The position numbers and the translations under genes are program-made. From the NCBI GenBank assembly GCA_902510995.1, contig CABXDL010000001.1:49457-113456 (forward strand): a stretch of DNA of 64,000 nucleotides. Reading direction: 5' to 3'. The notes under the pieces were generated by a model, which made no database searches, was not told the origin of the DNA, and saw only the letters and a program-made list of their open reading frames with translations. This DNA comes from an uncultured Candidatus Actinomarina sp. (lineage in GTDB: Bacteria; Actinomycetota; Acidimicrobiia; Actinomarinales; Actinomarinaceae). Shown piece after piece: positions 17,071 through 26,758 of this stretch (position 1 is the stretch's first letter; each line of letters starts with the position of its first letter).

Positions 17071-18591
17071 ATGAAACAAGCATTTTATAGAAAATATAGA
17101 CCAATAAAGCTATCAGAACTAGTTGGTCAAGAAGAAGCAGTTTCTTTAATTAGCAATCAAATTGAGAAGGAAAACCTAGGTCATGCGTATCTCTTTTCAG
17201 GGCCTAGAGGAGTAGGTAAAACATCTTTAGCAAGAATTATTGCATTGCAGTTAGGTTGCGATCCAATATTTGACATATCAGAGATAGATGCAGCATCACA
17301 TAATAAAGTCGATGACATAAGAGAGATGAATGAGAGTGTAAATTTTATTGCTAGTAGCCCCGGAAAGAAAAGAGTATTTATTTTAGACGAAGTTCATATG
17401 CTCTCGAATGCAGCATCTAATGCTTTTCTTAAAACGTTAGAAGAACCACCAGAACATATAATCTTTATACTCGCTACCACTGAACCAGAAAGAGTTTTGG
17501 AAACAATAAAAAGCAGAACTACGCAGATAGTCTTTAAAAAAATCACAGAAGATGAAATTATTAAAACCCTAAAACAAATAGGAAAAAAAGAAAAAATAAC
17601 TCTAGATGGTGAAATAATAAAAATGATTGCAAATTCATCAGATGGTTCCCTCAGGGATGCAATAAACCTCTTCGAACAAGCATATAATACATTTGGTGAA
17701 AAAGCATCTACAGACGAACTGTTTAGCTTACTCGGTCAGTTAAGTAGTAAAGATTTTGCAACAATAATCAACGCTGTAGAAACACAAGATACTGGAGCTG
17801 TCCTTAGTGTAATAAGAGAAGCATATTCAAAAGGCTTACAACCAAATGATATTGTTGACTCTGTATCAGCATTTTTTAGAAACCTATTTTATCTTAAATA
17901 CTTACCTGATGACAATAAATTAAGTTCACTTACACCAAATTTAAAAAAGCTTCTTGAGGAAGCTAATAAGAAAATATCTGCAAAACAGTTAGTTAGAATT
18001 CTCGATTTGATAGATGAAATAAATAGTGTTATTTCAATAACATCTTCTGCCCACCTAAAGTTGGAATTATTTATGATGAAAATAATAAAACCAGAGCTAG
18101 GTTCGGATGTTAAATCAATAGGATATAGAGTTGATTTATTGGAAGGTAAATTAACTGGAGCTGTACAGCCAAAAAAAGAAGAAAACCCTGTATTGGAAGT
18201 CAAAGAAGAAAAAGTAAAAGTAGAAAAGCCAAAAAAAAATATAAAAAAAACAAATACAGAGTCACTTGAAAATTTCGATGTATATTGGCCAAAGATTTTA
18301 GAAGAATTAAGAGAGAAGCTATCTTCAAGAAAATTTTCGTATCTAACTGCTGTAAAACCAGAAGTAGAGAGCAATGACACTATCAACTTATTTGTTGATA
18401 AAGACAATGAGTTTCTTTTAAAGGAGCTTCAGAAGTCACAAGAAGTACTTGATTTAGTAATTTCTGAAGTTGAAAAAAGAATGGGAATAGAAGTAAGTAT
18501 TAAAATATTATTAAGTGAAAAATCTAAAGTAGGAGAATCTAAAGGCTTGGATGCTGCCCAAGAAGTATTCGAAGTAGAAGATCTAAATTAG
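17071..18591 (+). CDS. dnaX: DNA polymerase III gamma/tau subunit
   Basis: YRKYRP, GPRGVGKT, EIDAAS, DEVHML, KTLEEPP, GSLRDA. Confidence 0.95.
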   Translation: MKQAFYRKYRPIKLSELVGQEEAVSLISNQIEKENLGHAYLFSGPRGVGKTSLARIIALQLGCDPIFDISEIDAASHNKVDDIREMNESVNFIASSPGKKRVFILDEVHMLSNAASNAFLKTLEEPPEHIIFILATTEPERVLETIKSRTTQIVFKKITEDEIIKTLKQIGKKEKITLDGEIIKMIANSSDGSLRDAINLFEQAYNTFGEKASTDELFSLLGQLSSKDFATIINAVETQDTGAVLSVIREAYSKGLQPNDIVDSVSAFFRNLFYLKYLPDDNKLSSLTPNLKKLLEEANKKISAKQLVRILDLIDEINSVISITSSAHLKLELFMMKIIKPELGSDVKSIGYRVDLLEGKLTGAVQPKKEENPVLEVKEEKVKVEKPKKNIKKTNTESLENFDVYWPKILEELREKLSSRKFSYLTAVKPEVESNDTINLFVDKDNEFLLKELQKSQEVLDLVISEVEKRMGIEVSIKILLSEKSKVGESKGLDAAQEVFEVEDLN

Positions 18592-18929
18592 CTATCCTTT
18601 AGGTTTAATTCGCTTAAAGCTATAGTGATTCTTCTGGAACCTTGGTTTTGTGCGCTTTTACATAATTCTATAAAACTTCTTAGTTCTCCAGTTCTAAATT
18701 TTTTTAGTTCATCACCAGTTTGAATAGAGCCGCTCCTCTCTCTTTCAAGCAGTTTAATTTCTATTTCTTTAGCTCTAGCTAAGTAAGTACTACTAACTTC
18801 AAACAATGTATCAACTCCATCAGAAATAGGTGGATTAATATGTCCCATAAGAACATCTATATATTCATCTATTTCCTCATGGAGATCTTTAGCGTCAGAT
18901 AACCCTTTTTTAAGTGGAAATTTCTGCAC
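18588..18929 (-). CDS. Hypothetical protein
   Basis: 113-aa ORF whose start overlaps the murJ stop. Confidence 0.7.
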   Translation of the reverse strand: MQKFPLKKGLSDAKDLHEEIDEYIDVLMGHINPPISDGVDTLFEVSSTYLARAKEIEIKLLERERSGSIQTGDELKKFRTGELRSFIELCKSAQNQGSRRITIALSELNLKDS

Positions 18930-20425
18930 TATCTTCTCCTTTTAAATTCAACATAGTTCATTCTAATGATACTGATAGACACTAAAAATGAAATAATAAC
19001 AATAATTGAAGTTACAACTAAGTTATAAATAATATTTCCAAAATCTAGGTTTAGGTTAATTAAGGCTGTATAAATAATCCCTGATAACAGTAAACATAAA
19101 AATATATCATAAATTAGAGCTGTATCTAGTATCGACTCTCCTTCTATCTTGAGTGAAAATAACATAAAAGCTGCATAAGCCCACAAAAAAGAAATAATAA
19201 TTATTGAATAGTTAATTTCACTAGCATTACTACTTAGCAGTAGTGTAATAGTTGTTCCCAGAGTTCCTATAGTTCCAACTCCCACTGGGAACCAGTAACG
19301 CTTTTGGACGTAATAAGATCTATTTACAATTTGATTAATAGACCAAGGGACTACTCCTAAGGCCACAATCTTCATTATTGATGAAACCCTTACTACATCA
19401 GCACTAGAAAATTTTCCTCTTTCGTAAACAATACTTATGATTTCTTCTGAATTTATTACAAGAATTAATACCATAACAACATTAAATAGAAACAATGAAG
19501 AGAGCTGTGTTCTGATTATATTTTTAAGTTCATCAAACTTTTTCTCTACAAACATTTTTGATAAGGTTGGGTAGCTAGCAACACCTACGGCCTGAGCAAC
19601 TATACCTACTGGAAGTAGTGCAATTCTTCTTGCATACCTAAAAGAAGCAACAGACCCAGCACCTAAAAATGAACCAAAAATCCTAAATAGCTGCTCATCC
19701 ATTACGGCAATTGATTGTCCCACGATTAAAGGTAGAGAAACAGTTAGATATTCCTTAATATATTTGATCTTTGGTGTAACAGGTTTAAAAGTTAAACCAC
19801 TTTTTTTAACTCCTATTAGTTGAATAAAAAAATGTCCAACAACTGACCCTATAAACCCCCCTACTGCAAAGCCATATACTGTTGATTCTGGAGTTGAGGA
19901 GTTCAACCAACCGAAAAGTATTATTGAAAAATTGTAAATTACAGGAGCTAAAGCGGGGTATTTAAAGTCATTATGAAAATATTGATATGACATAAGTATT
20001 GCCCCAATAAAAAAGAAAGCCTGGCTAAAGACTATTGGGGCAAATAGTTTTAAAAAAAGGTTCAAGTTTTGTACTTCTAGAATTAAACCTATCTCATTTT
20101 TAAGCAGGAAAAAGATAGCTGATATAGAAATAAAAATAATAGAGAGACCATAGAGAAGAGATAAGAAGTAATCATTCAAACCTCTACTATTCTTTTGTTT
20201 TAAGTCTGAAAGGATTGGGATTAGAGTTATTGCTAAATAACCACCTGCAGATAGGTAAAATAAAAAATCTGGAATTATGAAGGCTAAGTCAAGAGTGTCT
20301 GAAGCAGAAGATACACCAGTCCACTTTGCAAGAAGAATTTCTCTCAGGAATCCCAACAGCCTGCTGCTTAAGTAAGCTATAGAAATTATAGAAATCGGTC
20401 CTATGAGTTTTTTATATTCCTGCAT
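18929..20425 (-). CDS. murJ: Lipid II flippase MurJ/MviN
   Basis: SRLLGFLRE, AF.IPD, LPVG...AVG..SYP, YERG.F. Confidence 0.9.
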   Translation of the reverse strand: MQEYKKLIGPISIISIAYLSSRLLGFLREILLAKWTGVSSASDTLDLAFIIPDFLFYLSAGGYLAITLIPILSDLKQKNSRGLNDYFLSLLYGLSIIFISISAIFFLLKNEIGLILEVQNLNLFLKLFAPIVFSQAFFFIGAILMSYQYFHNDFKYPALAPVIYNFSIILFGWLNSSTPESTVYGFAVGGFIGSVVGHFFIQLIGVKKSGLTFKPVTPKIKYIKEYLTVSLPLIVGQSIAVMDEQLFRIFGSFLGAGSVASFRYARRIALLPVGIVAQAVGVASYPTLSKMFVEKKFDELKNIIRTQLSSLFLFNVVMVLILVINSEEIISIVYERGKFSSADVVRVSSIMKIVALGVVPWSINQIVNRSYYVQKRYWFPVGVGTIGTLGTTITLLLSSNASEINYSIIIISFLWAYAAFMLFSLKIEGESILDTALIYDIFLCLLLSGIIYTALINLNLDFGNIIYNLVVTSIIVIISFLVSISIIRMNYVEFKRRR

Positions 20426-21290
20426 GTTTTTCTTTCATTTTAAATAAAAATTCATAAGGGGTTTTTAATGGTTTATTTTCATAACCAAATCCGATATTAA
20501 TATTTGGTCTATTTTCACCATGATAATCAGTACCACCAGACTCTAGAAGATTGAAGTTTTTTGCAACAGTAGATAAGCTTGATGTAATTTCTGAATTGTA
20601 GCTAGAATAATTTGTTTCCAATCCATCAATACCTAATTCAGCAAGCTTATTTATATAGGTAATAAAATCATTGTTTATCCATTTTTGATTATTTGAATAA
20701 TTTTTATTACTCATCAAAGTATGAGGGTGTGCTAAAAATATTAAACATTTTGATTCTCTTGATAATTCAATCAATTTCTCTATAGATTCTTGGTGAATTC
20801 TGGAATCACCTACTTTTCCATTTCCTAAGTATTTTACAAAAGCTTCGTTTATAGAATTAACATATCCTTTTTCGTACATTATTTTTGCAATGTGGGGTCT
20901 ACCTGGTACTTTTGTATCGAACTTATTGAGTTCCGATGGATCTATTTCTATATTTTCTTGATTTAGTTTTTTTAATATATCTTCATTTCTTTCAATCTTA
21001 AGATTTCTAATTTTCTCCAAGTGTTTTGTTATAGAACTCTCTTCCTCTAAAAAATAAATTAGCAAATGTACTCCTGCAAATACATTAAAACTTTCAAGAT
21101 CATCCCAGCTAGCACTAACTTCAATTCCTTGGATTATTTCAATATCATCTCTTTTTTTAGGAATTGTAAGATATTCATGATCTGTAATTGAAATAGCTTC
21201 TAGTTGCATTTCTAAAGCTTTATCTACTAGTTCTTCAACCGAATCGGTTCCATCAGAGTTTATTGAATGTATGTGTAAATCAATAGCCAT
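20412..21290 (-). CDS. PHP-domain phosphoesterase
   Basis: DLHIHS..SDG, ITDHE, GRPHIA, AHP, GG.DYHG. Confidence 0.9.
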   Translation of the reverse strand: MAIDLHIHSINSDGTDSVEELVDKALEMQLEAISITDHEYLTIPKKRDDIEIIQGIEVSASWDDLESFNVFAGVHLLIYFLEEESSITKHLEKIRNLKIERNEDILKKLNQENIEIDPSELNKFDTKVPGRPHIAKIMYEKGYVNSINEAFVKYLGNGKVGDSRIHQESIEKLIELSRESKCLIFLAHPHTLMSNKNYSNNQKWINNDFITYINKLAELGIDGLETNYSSYNSEITSSLSTVAKNFNLLESGGTDYHGENRPNINIGFGYENKPLKTPYEFLFKMKEKHAGI

Positions 21291-21347
21291 TACAAACTAG
21301 AGTACTAGGTCTGTTAAATCTTTAATAAGTTCATTAGAATGTTTCAG

Positions 21348-22556
21348 GTGAGTTTAATAGTACAAAAATTTGGTGGCACAAGTGTTTCAAACCCTGAATC
21401 ACTCAAAACTGTCGCGAATAAAATTATAGAATGCAAAGAAGGCGGGAACGAAGTAGTAGTCGTTGTTTCAGCAATGGGTTCAAGTACAGATGAATTAATT
21501 GATTTAGCAGAGGAACTCTCCGAAACACCTTCACCAAGAGAGATGGATATGCTTTTATCAGCTGGAGAAAGAATTACAATGTCTCTTCTTGCAATTCACT
21601 TAAATAATTTAGGGTACGAATCTTTTTCACTAACTGGTTCTCAAGCTGGTATTACAACTACGTCCAGACATGGAATGGCAGAAATTGAAAATATAAGTGG
21701 AGAGAGAGTCAAAGAAGGAATAGAAAATGGAAATATTGTTATTGTCGCAGGATTTCAAGGAGTTAATAAAGAGACTCGAGAAATAACGACTCTAGGTAGA
21801 GGAGGGTCAGACGCAACAGCAGTTGCTTTAGCAGCCTCATTAGATGCTGAAAGGTGTGAGATTTATACTGATGTTGAAGGAGTCTTCACAGCTGATCCAA
21901 GAATAATTAAAGAAGCAAAGCTCATAGAAGAAATAACTTATGATGAGATGTTAGAAATGGCTTCATCAGGAGCGAGAGTATTGATGGCTAGGTCTGTAGA
22001 ATTTGGTAGAAGGTATAATGTACCAATAATTGTTAAATCAACATTTAACAACGGCGAGGGAACAATAGTAAAGGAAAAAATAATGGAAGAAGCCATAGTC
22101 AGGGGAGTTACTCATAATGATAAAGAAATGAAGTTCACTCTTTTTGGAGTTCCTGATCAACCTGGTATTGCCGGGAAGGTTTTTGGACCCCTATCTGAAG
22201 GTGGAATAATTGTAGACATGATTGTTCAAAATGTTTCTAAGGATTCAAAGACAGATATAAGTTTTACTGCCCCTACAGATCAAAGTGAAGAGGTAATGGA
22301 GGTTCTCTCCAATCTCTCAAACGATTTAAATGCTGAAGGGACTGATTCAGATGAAAATATTGCAAGAGTTTCAATTATTGGTGCTGGAATGAAGGCAGAA
22401 TCTGGTGTAGCTTCAAAGATGTTTTCAATATTAGGTAAAAATAAGATAAACATAGGAATGATTTCAACATCTCCTATAAGGATTTCCTGCGTGATCCCAA
22501 AAAATGACATGAATAAAGCTATAGAGGCACTTCATGAAGAATTTATTTCTGAGTAA
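21348..22556 (+). CDS. lysC: Aspartate kinase (alpha subunit; nested beta start at 22083)
   Basis: VQKFGGTSV, TTLGRGGSD, TDV.GV..ADP, two ACT domains. Confidence 0.95.
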   Translation: MSLIVQKFGGTSVSNPESLKTVANKIIECKEGGNEVVVVVSAMGSSTDELIDLAEELSETPSPREMDMLLSAGERITMSLLAIHLNNLGYESFSLTGSQAGITTTSRHGMAEIENISGERVKEGIENGNIVIVAGFQGVNKETREITTLGRGGSDATAVALAASLDAERCEIYTDVEGVFTADPRIIKEAKLIEEITYDEMLEMASSGARVLMARSVEFGRRYNVPIIVKSTFNNGEGTIVKEKIMEEAIVRGVTHNDKEMKFTLFGVPDQPGIAGKVFGPLSEGGIIVDMIVQNVSKDSKTDISFTAPTDQSEEVMEVLSNLSNDLNAEGTDSDENIARVSIIGAGMKAESGVASKMFSILGKNKINIGMISTSPIRISCVIPKNDMNKAIEALHEEFISE

Positions 22557-23546
22557 ATGAATATAGCAATAGTTGGGGCAACAGGTTTAGTTGGAAGGCA
22601 GATTATCAACCTTTGTGAAGAATTTCTTCCAAAAGATGCAAGTTATACTTTGTTCGCATCTAGCAAATCAGCAGGAAAAAAGCTAGAGGTTAATGGTAAT
22701 GAATATGAAGTCAGAGAGCTTAATGAAAATAATATAGAATCTTATGATATATCTTTATTTTCAGCAGGCGGTGAAAGGTCCAAAAGCTATGCTGAGATAT
22801 TTACCTCTAAAGGTTCATATGTTATTGATAATTCTTCCGCTTTTAGAATGGAGAAAGAAGTTCCACTAGTTGTTTTTGGAATAAATGAAAATACAATCTC
22901 TAAAGAAACAAAATTAATATCAAACCCTAACTGCACAACTATGGGTTTGGTAATGGCTTTGAAACCGTTGCATGATAAATATAATTTATTGAATATTGTG
23001 CCTGTTGCATACCAAGCTGTGTCCGGATCAGGCAGTGAAGCTGTAAACTCGCTAGAGAAAGAAGAACATTTAGGGGAAAAACTTAATTCAAATTATGATG
23101 AAGGATTTTATCAAAGACCTATAGCAAGAAATGTAATACCTTTAGCTGGTAGCTTAACTGAAAATGGATATTCAGATGAAGAGATGAAATTTGTAAATGA
23201 ATCGAGAAAAATTTTAAATATACCAGAACTGACTGTAGAGCCTTCAAATGCAAGAGTTGGTGTAAAAACTGGTCATGGAATATTTTGTTCCGCAACTTTT
23301 GAAAAAGAAGTAGAAGTTAAAGAGGCAAGCACTTTAATAGACAGCTTCAATGGAGTTCAATACTGGGAAGATGTATTACCAACACCATTAGATGCTGAAG
23401 GAAAAAAAGATGTGTTAGTTGGACGTATGAGAAAAGGCTTATCTGATAATAGGATTTTAAATTTCTGGGTGGTTTCTGACAATCTATTAAAAGGAGCTGC
23501 ATTAAATGCTGTTCAGATTGCTAGTTATGTAGTTGAAAATGATTGA
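22557..23546 (+). CDS. asd: Aspartate-semialdehyde dehydrogenase
   Basis: GATGLVG, DNSSAFRM, NPNCTT, YQAVSGSG, DNLLKGAALNAVQ. Confidence 0.95.
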   Translation: MNIAIVGATGLVGRQIINLCEEFLPKDASYTLFASSKSAGKKLEVNGNEYEVRELNENNIESYDISLFSAGGERSKSYAEIFTSKGSYVIDNSSAFRMEKEVPLVVFGINENTISKETKLISNPNCTTMGLVMALKPLHDKYNLLNIVPVAYQAVSGSGSEAVNSLEKEEHLGEKLNSNYDEGFYQRPIARNVIPLAGSLTENGYSDEEMKFVNESRKILNIPELTVEPSNARVGVKTGHGIFCSATFEKEVEVKEASTLIDSFNGVQYWEDVLPTPLDAEGKKDVLVGRMRKGLSDNRILNFWVVSDNLLKGAALNAVQIASYVVEND

Positions 23547-24192
23547 AGTTCCAGAGAATATCCCTAAGAGAAAACGAATAATTTTAGGCCCTTTAGGTAG
23601 ATTCCTTTTAAAACTATTTAAATGGGACATAACGGGAACTATTCCTAATTTAAAAAAAATGATTTTAATTGGGGCACCACATTCAGCGATGAGAGATGCT
23701 TGGTATGGCTTGTTGGCTGTTCTTGCTTTAGATTTAAAAGTTACTTTTTTTGGTGCACGCTGGATATTTACTAGGTTGCCAAGTCTTGTGACTTTTTCAA
23801 AGAACTTAGATAAACTAGGTATTCCCTGGCCTCTAGGTTGGTTGCAAAAAATAATACTGATGAGGCTTGGTGGAGTACCAGTTTATAGAGTTAACTCAAG
23901 AGGCACTATTAAAGGCGCTATTGAGGAGTTTTCTAAAATTGATAACTATCTTCTATTGATTGCGCCAGAAGCAGGAACAGAAGTTGCTTATAAATTTAGA
24001 AGCGGTTTTTATTACTTAGCAAAAGAATTAGACATACCCTATGTTCCTGTTGAGATAGATTTTAAAAATAGAGCATTCAACATAAGAAACCCAGAAAAGG
24101 TTAGCTCTAATTTCGAGGAAGAATCTCAAAAAGTAATTGAAATTTTTGATGGAGTAGAGGGAGCAACAAGAGTTTTTACAATGTCAAAATAA
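23539..24192 (+). CDS. PlsC-like phospholipid/glycerol acyltransferase
   Basis: APHS...D, LGGVPV.R, APE.G, SGFYYLA. Confidence 0.75.
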   Translation: MIEVPENIPKRKRIILGPLGRFLLKLFKWDITGTIPNLKKMILIGAPHSAMRDAWYGLLAVLALDLKVTFFGARWIFTRLPSLVTFSKNLDKLGIPWPLGWLQKIILMRLGGVPVYRVNSRGTIKGAIEEFSKIDNYLLLIAPEAGTEVAYKFRSGFYYLAKELDIPYVPVEIDFKNRAFNIRNPEKVSSNFEEESQKVIEIFDGVEGATRVFTMSK

Positions 24193-24892
24193 AAGGAACA
24201 AAAAGACTAAGAATATAATTCCCAACTGGGATTTTTTTTATTCCTAAAAGATTTATTCCAACGCCAATTAATAAAATCCCACCAATTCCTGCTATTGATT
24301 CAGAAATTAATGGATCAATTCTTGAATTTATTAATAAAGCGCATAGTGTAAAAAAGCCTTGATAAATTAATATTGAAACTCCTGAATATACAGCTCCTTT
24401 ACCACCACTAGCTGTAATAAATATAACCAAAAAACAATCAAGTGCAGTTTTGATTAGAAGCAACTCTAAATTTGATTCAACAACATCAAAAAAAGGACCA
24501 ATAATTGCTAAGGGACCTGTTATAACTATCAAGGTTGTAGTTAAGTAGCTTTCAATAAACTTACTTTGATCAGGGTCAGATTTTTCAAATTTTCTGTATA
24601 GGTAATCACCAAATTTTTTAATTCTCTCCTCAATTTTTAACAGGTTTCCAATTACAGCGCCTACGATTACTGCGAAAATAGTAAATATAAAACCTGACAC
24701 CTCAAAGCTCATGAACCTAACATAATCGGGATTTTTTAATGATTCTCTCAAACCTAGAGCTAAAACTAATAAACCTAAAGGAAGTAAATTGTCTTCAAAA
24801 TTTTTCAGCTCTTTTTTGAATACTATGCGAGATAAAATGCCAACAAATAATACACTTACTCCATTAACAATTGTTCCAATTCCAGGAATCAT
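24176..24892 (-). CDS. DUF554-family membrane protein
   Basis: GTIVN, GPLAIIG, K..LD, YQG..T, G.GINLL. Confidence 0.8.
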   Translation of the reverse strand: MIPGIGTIVNGVSVLFVGILSRIVFKKELKNFEDNLLPLGLLVLALGLRESLKNPDYVRFMSFEVSGFIFTIFAVIVGAVIGNLLKIEERIKKFGDYLYRKFEKSDPDQSKFIESYLTTTLIVITGPLAIIGPFFDVVESNLELLLIKTALDCFLVIFITASGGKGAVYSGVSILIYQGFFTLCALLINSRIDPLISESIAGIGGILLIGVGINLLGIKKIPVGNYILSLFVPFILTL

Positions 24893-25455
24893 TTCTTATT
24901 AAAATCTGAGTGGCTTTTACTTGGAGTTGGTCCTTCTTGCCCTTGATATTTACTTCCGTAGGTTTCAGAACCATATTCAGATTCTGATGGAGAGTTCAAA
25001 TAATAGAAAGAAATCTGGCCTATTTTCATTTCTGGGTAAATCATTATTGGTAGATTCGCAACATTAGAAAGTTCCAAAGTTAAATACCCAGCAAAACCAG
25101 GATCAACAAACCCAGCAGTAGAATGTATTAATAACCCAATTCTCCCTAAAGAAGATTTTCCCTCAAGCCTTGCAACAACTTTATTTGATAAAGTTACTCT
25201 TTCAAAAGTTGTACCAAGAACAAATTCACCAGGATGTAGAACAAAAGGCTCCTCTATTGATGCTGTAACCAGAGTGGTTAGATCATCTTGTTCAGCTTTA
25301 GGGTCTATATGGCTATATTTATGATTTTCAAAAACTCTAAACTCAGAACCAACTCTTAAGTCAATACTTGACGGCTGGATGTAGCTTTCATCTAAAGGGT
25401 TAACCTCAATTGACTTTTCTTCAAGAGCTTTTTTTATATCTACATCTGAAAGCAT
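24889..25455 (-). CDS. dcd: dCTP deaminase
   Basis: QPSSIDLR, EGKSSLGR.GL..HSTAGFVDPGF, SKYQGQ.GPTPS. Confidence 0.95.
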   Translation of the reverse strand: MLSDVDIKKALEEKSIEVNPLDESYIQPSSIDLRVGSEFRVFENHKYSHIDPKAEQDDLTTLVTASIEEPFVLHPGEFVLGTTFERVTLSNKVVARLEGKSSLGRIGLLIHSTAGFVDPGFAGYLTLELSNVANLPIMIYPEMKIGQISFYYLNSPSESEYGSETYGSKYQGQEGPTPSKSHSDFNKK

Positions 25456-25500
25456 AATTCCTTCTGTCCTTTGAATATAATAGTCATCATTCTCATTTTT

Positions 25501-25701
25501 TTATCCATTTAAAATAGATGCAACAGACCATAAAGCTATAAAGAAACCTATAGTTCCAAGAAAAATAGTTCTTGATAAATAGATTTCTTTTCCTTCTTTG
25601 TTTTTATTTATATAAGCAAATAGATTTCCAAAAAACATTGCAGCGCCAACTCCAAGTAAGAGTAGATTTATTGTTAAATTTAATGCAAATGGGTCATTCA
25701 T
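25501..25701 (-). CDS. Small two-TM hypothetical protein
   Basis: 66-aa hydrophobic ORF filling the gap between neighbours. Confidence 0.65.
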   Translation of the reverse strand: MNDPFALNLTINLLLLGVGAAMFFGNLFAYINKNKEGKEIYLSRTIFLGTIGFFIALWSVASILNG

Positions 25702-25725
25702 AGCTTCATGTGTTATGTTAATAAG

Positions 25726-26613
25726 ATGACAAACACAAAAGAAATAGTAGATATATTTTTAAGTTCCGAAATAACTAATATTTCTAATCCTGAGATGTAT
25801 TCGATATCAAAGTTAGGAGGAATAACAAACGATAGTTTTAAAGTAGGCGTCTCTGATAGGTATTTTGTACTGAGACTTCCTGGTAAAAACCCGGATTTAA
25901 TTAATAGAAAAGCAGAAAAGATAAACCAAACCTTAGCTGCAGAAGCAGGGCTAACATTACCTTTTTTATATTTTGATGAAAATACTGGAATAAAGATTTC
26001 AGATTTTGAAAGTAATTTAGTTGCTCTTGAACCTGACCAATTAAAAAGTAAAGAGTATATTAATACAGCTTTAATTACGCTAAATGAACTACACCAAAGC
26101 AATATTAGTTTCGAGCAGTGTTTTGATCACTACGCATTCTTTAACGAGATTCAGAAAGAAAAAGAATATAAAGAGATGGCAAAAATAGGAAATTATTTAC
26201 TTGAAAAAATAAAATCAATTAATCAAAAATTAGTTCCATGCCATAAAGATATATATGGTCCAAACTTTGTTCTTTTAGGTGGTGACATGTATTTAATTGA
26301 TTGGGAATATTCAGGAATGGAAAGCAAATTTTTTGATTATGGAGATTTATGTTTGCAACAAAACATTGAAGAAGATCAAAGAAAACAGTTATTTCTAGAA
26401 CTAGAACTTGAAGAAGGGGGAGATGACCAAGTTTTATGGAATTTATATAGATATCTTAGTTCTCTGACCTGGGGCTTATGGGCTACAAGAAAAGGAGTTT
26501 TAGATGAGGAAACTGATAAAGATTATCTGAATCTTGGAAAAAATAAGATTAAGTCTGTATTTGAGGCTGTAAGTACTGAAAATTTTGAAAAACATCTTTC
26601 ACGTAAATATTAA
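25726..26613 (+). CDS. Choline/ethanolamine kinase-like phosphotransferase
   Basis: GGITN, LRLPG, INR..E, CHKD...NF, LIDWEYS. Confidence 0.85.
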   Translation: MTNTKEIVDIFLSSEITNISNPEMYSISKLGGITNDSFKVGVSDRYFVLRLPGKNPDLINRKAEKINQTLAAEAGLTLPFLYFDENTGIKISDFESNLVALEPDQLKSKEYINTALITLNELHQSNISFEQCFDHYAFFNEIQKEKEYKEMAKIGNYLLEKIKSINQKLVPCHKDIYGPNFVLLGGDMYLIDWEYSGMESKFFDYGDLCLQQNIEEDQRKQLFLELELEEGGDDQVLWNLYRYLSSLTWGLWATRKGVLDEETDKDYLNLGKNKIKSVFEAVSTENFEKHLSRKY

Positions 26614-26662
26614 AAATCGACTACACTTCTTCAGTCCGGAAAAAAAGGAATAAATACGATTT

Positions 26663-26758
26663 ATGGGATCTTTGATAAAGAAACGACGTAAAAAAATGTC
26701 GAAACATAAGTACAGAAAACGTCGTAAATCAAATAGACATAAGAAGAAGAGCGTCTAG
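26663..26758 (+). CDS. 30S ribosomal protein bS22 (AURKAIP1/COX24-like), absent from ORF track
   Basis: MGSLIKKRRKKMSKHKYRKRRKSNRHKKKSV*, AAGGA upstream. Confidence 0.88.
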   Translation: MGSLIKKRRKKMSKHKYRKRRKSNRHKKKSV

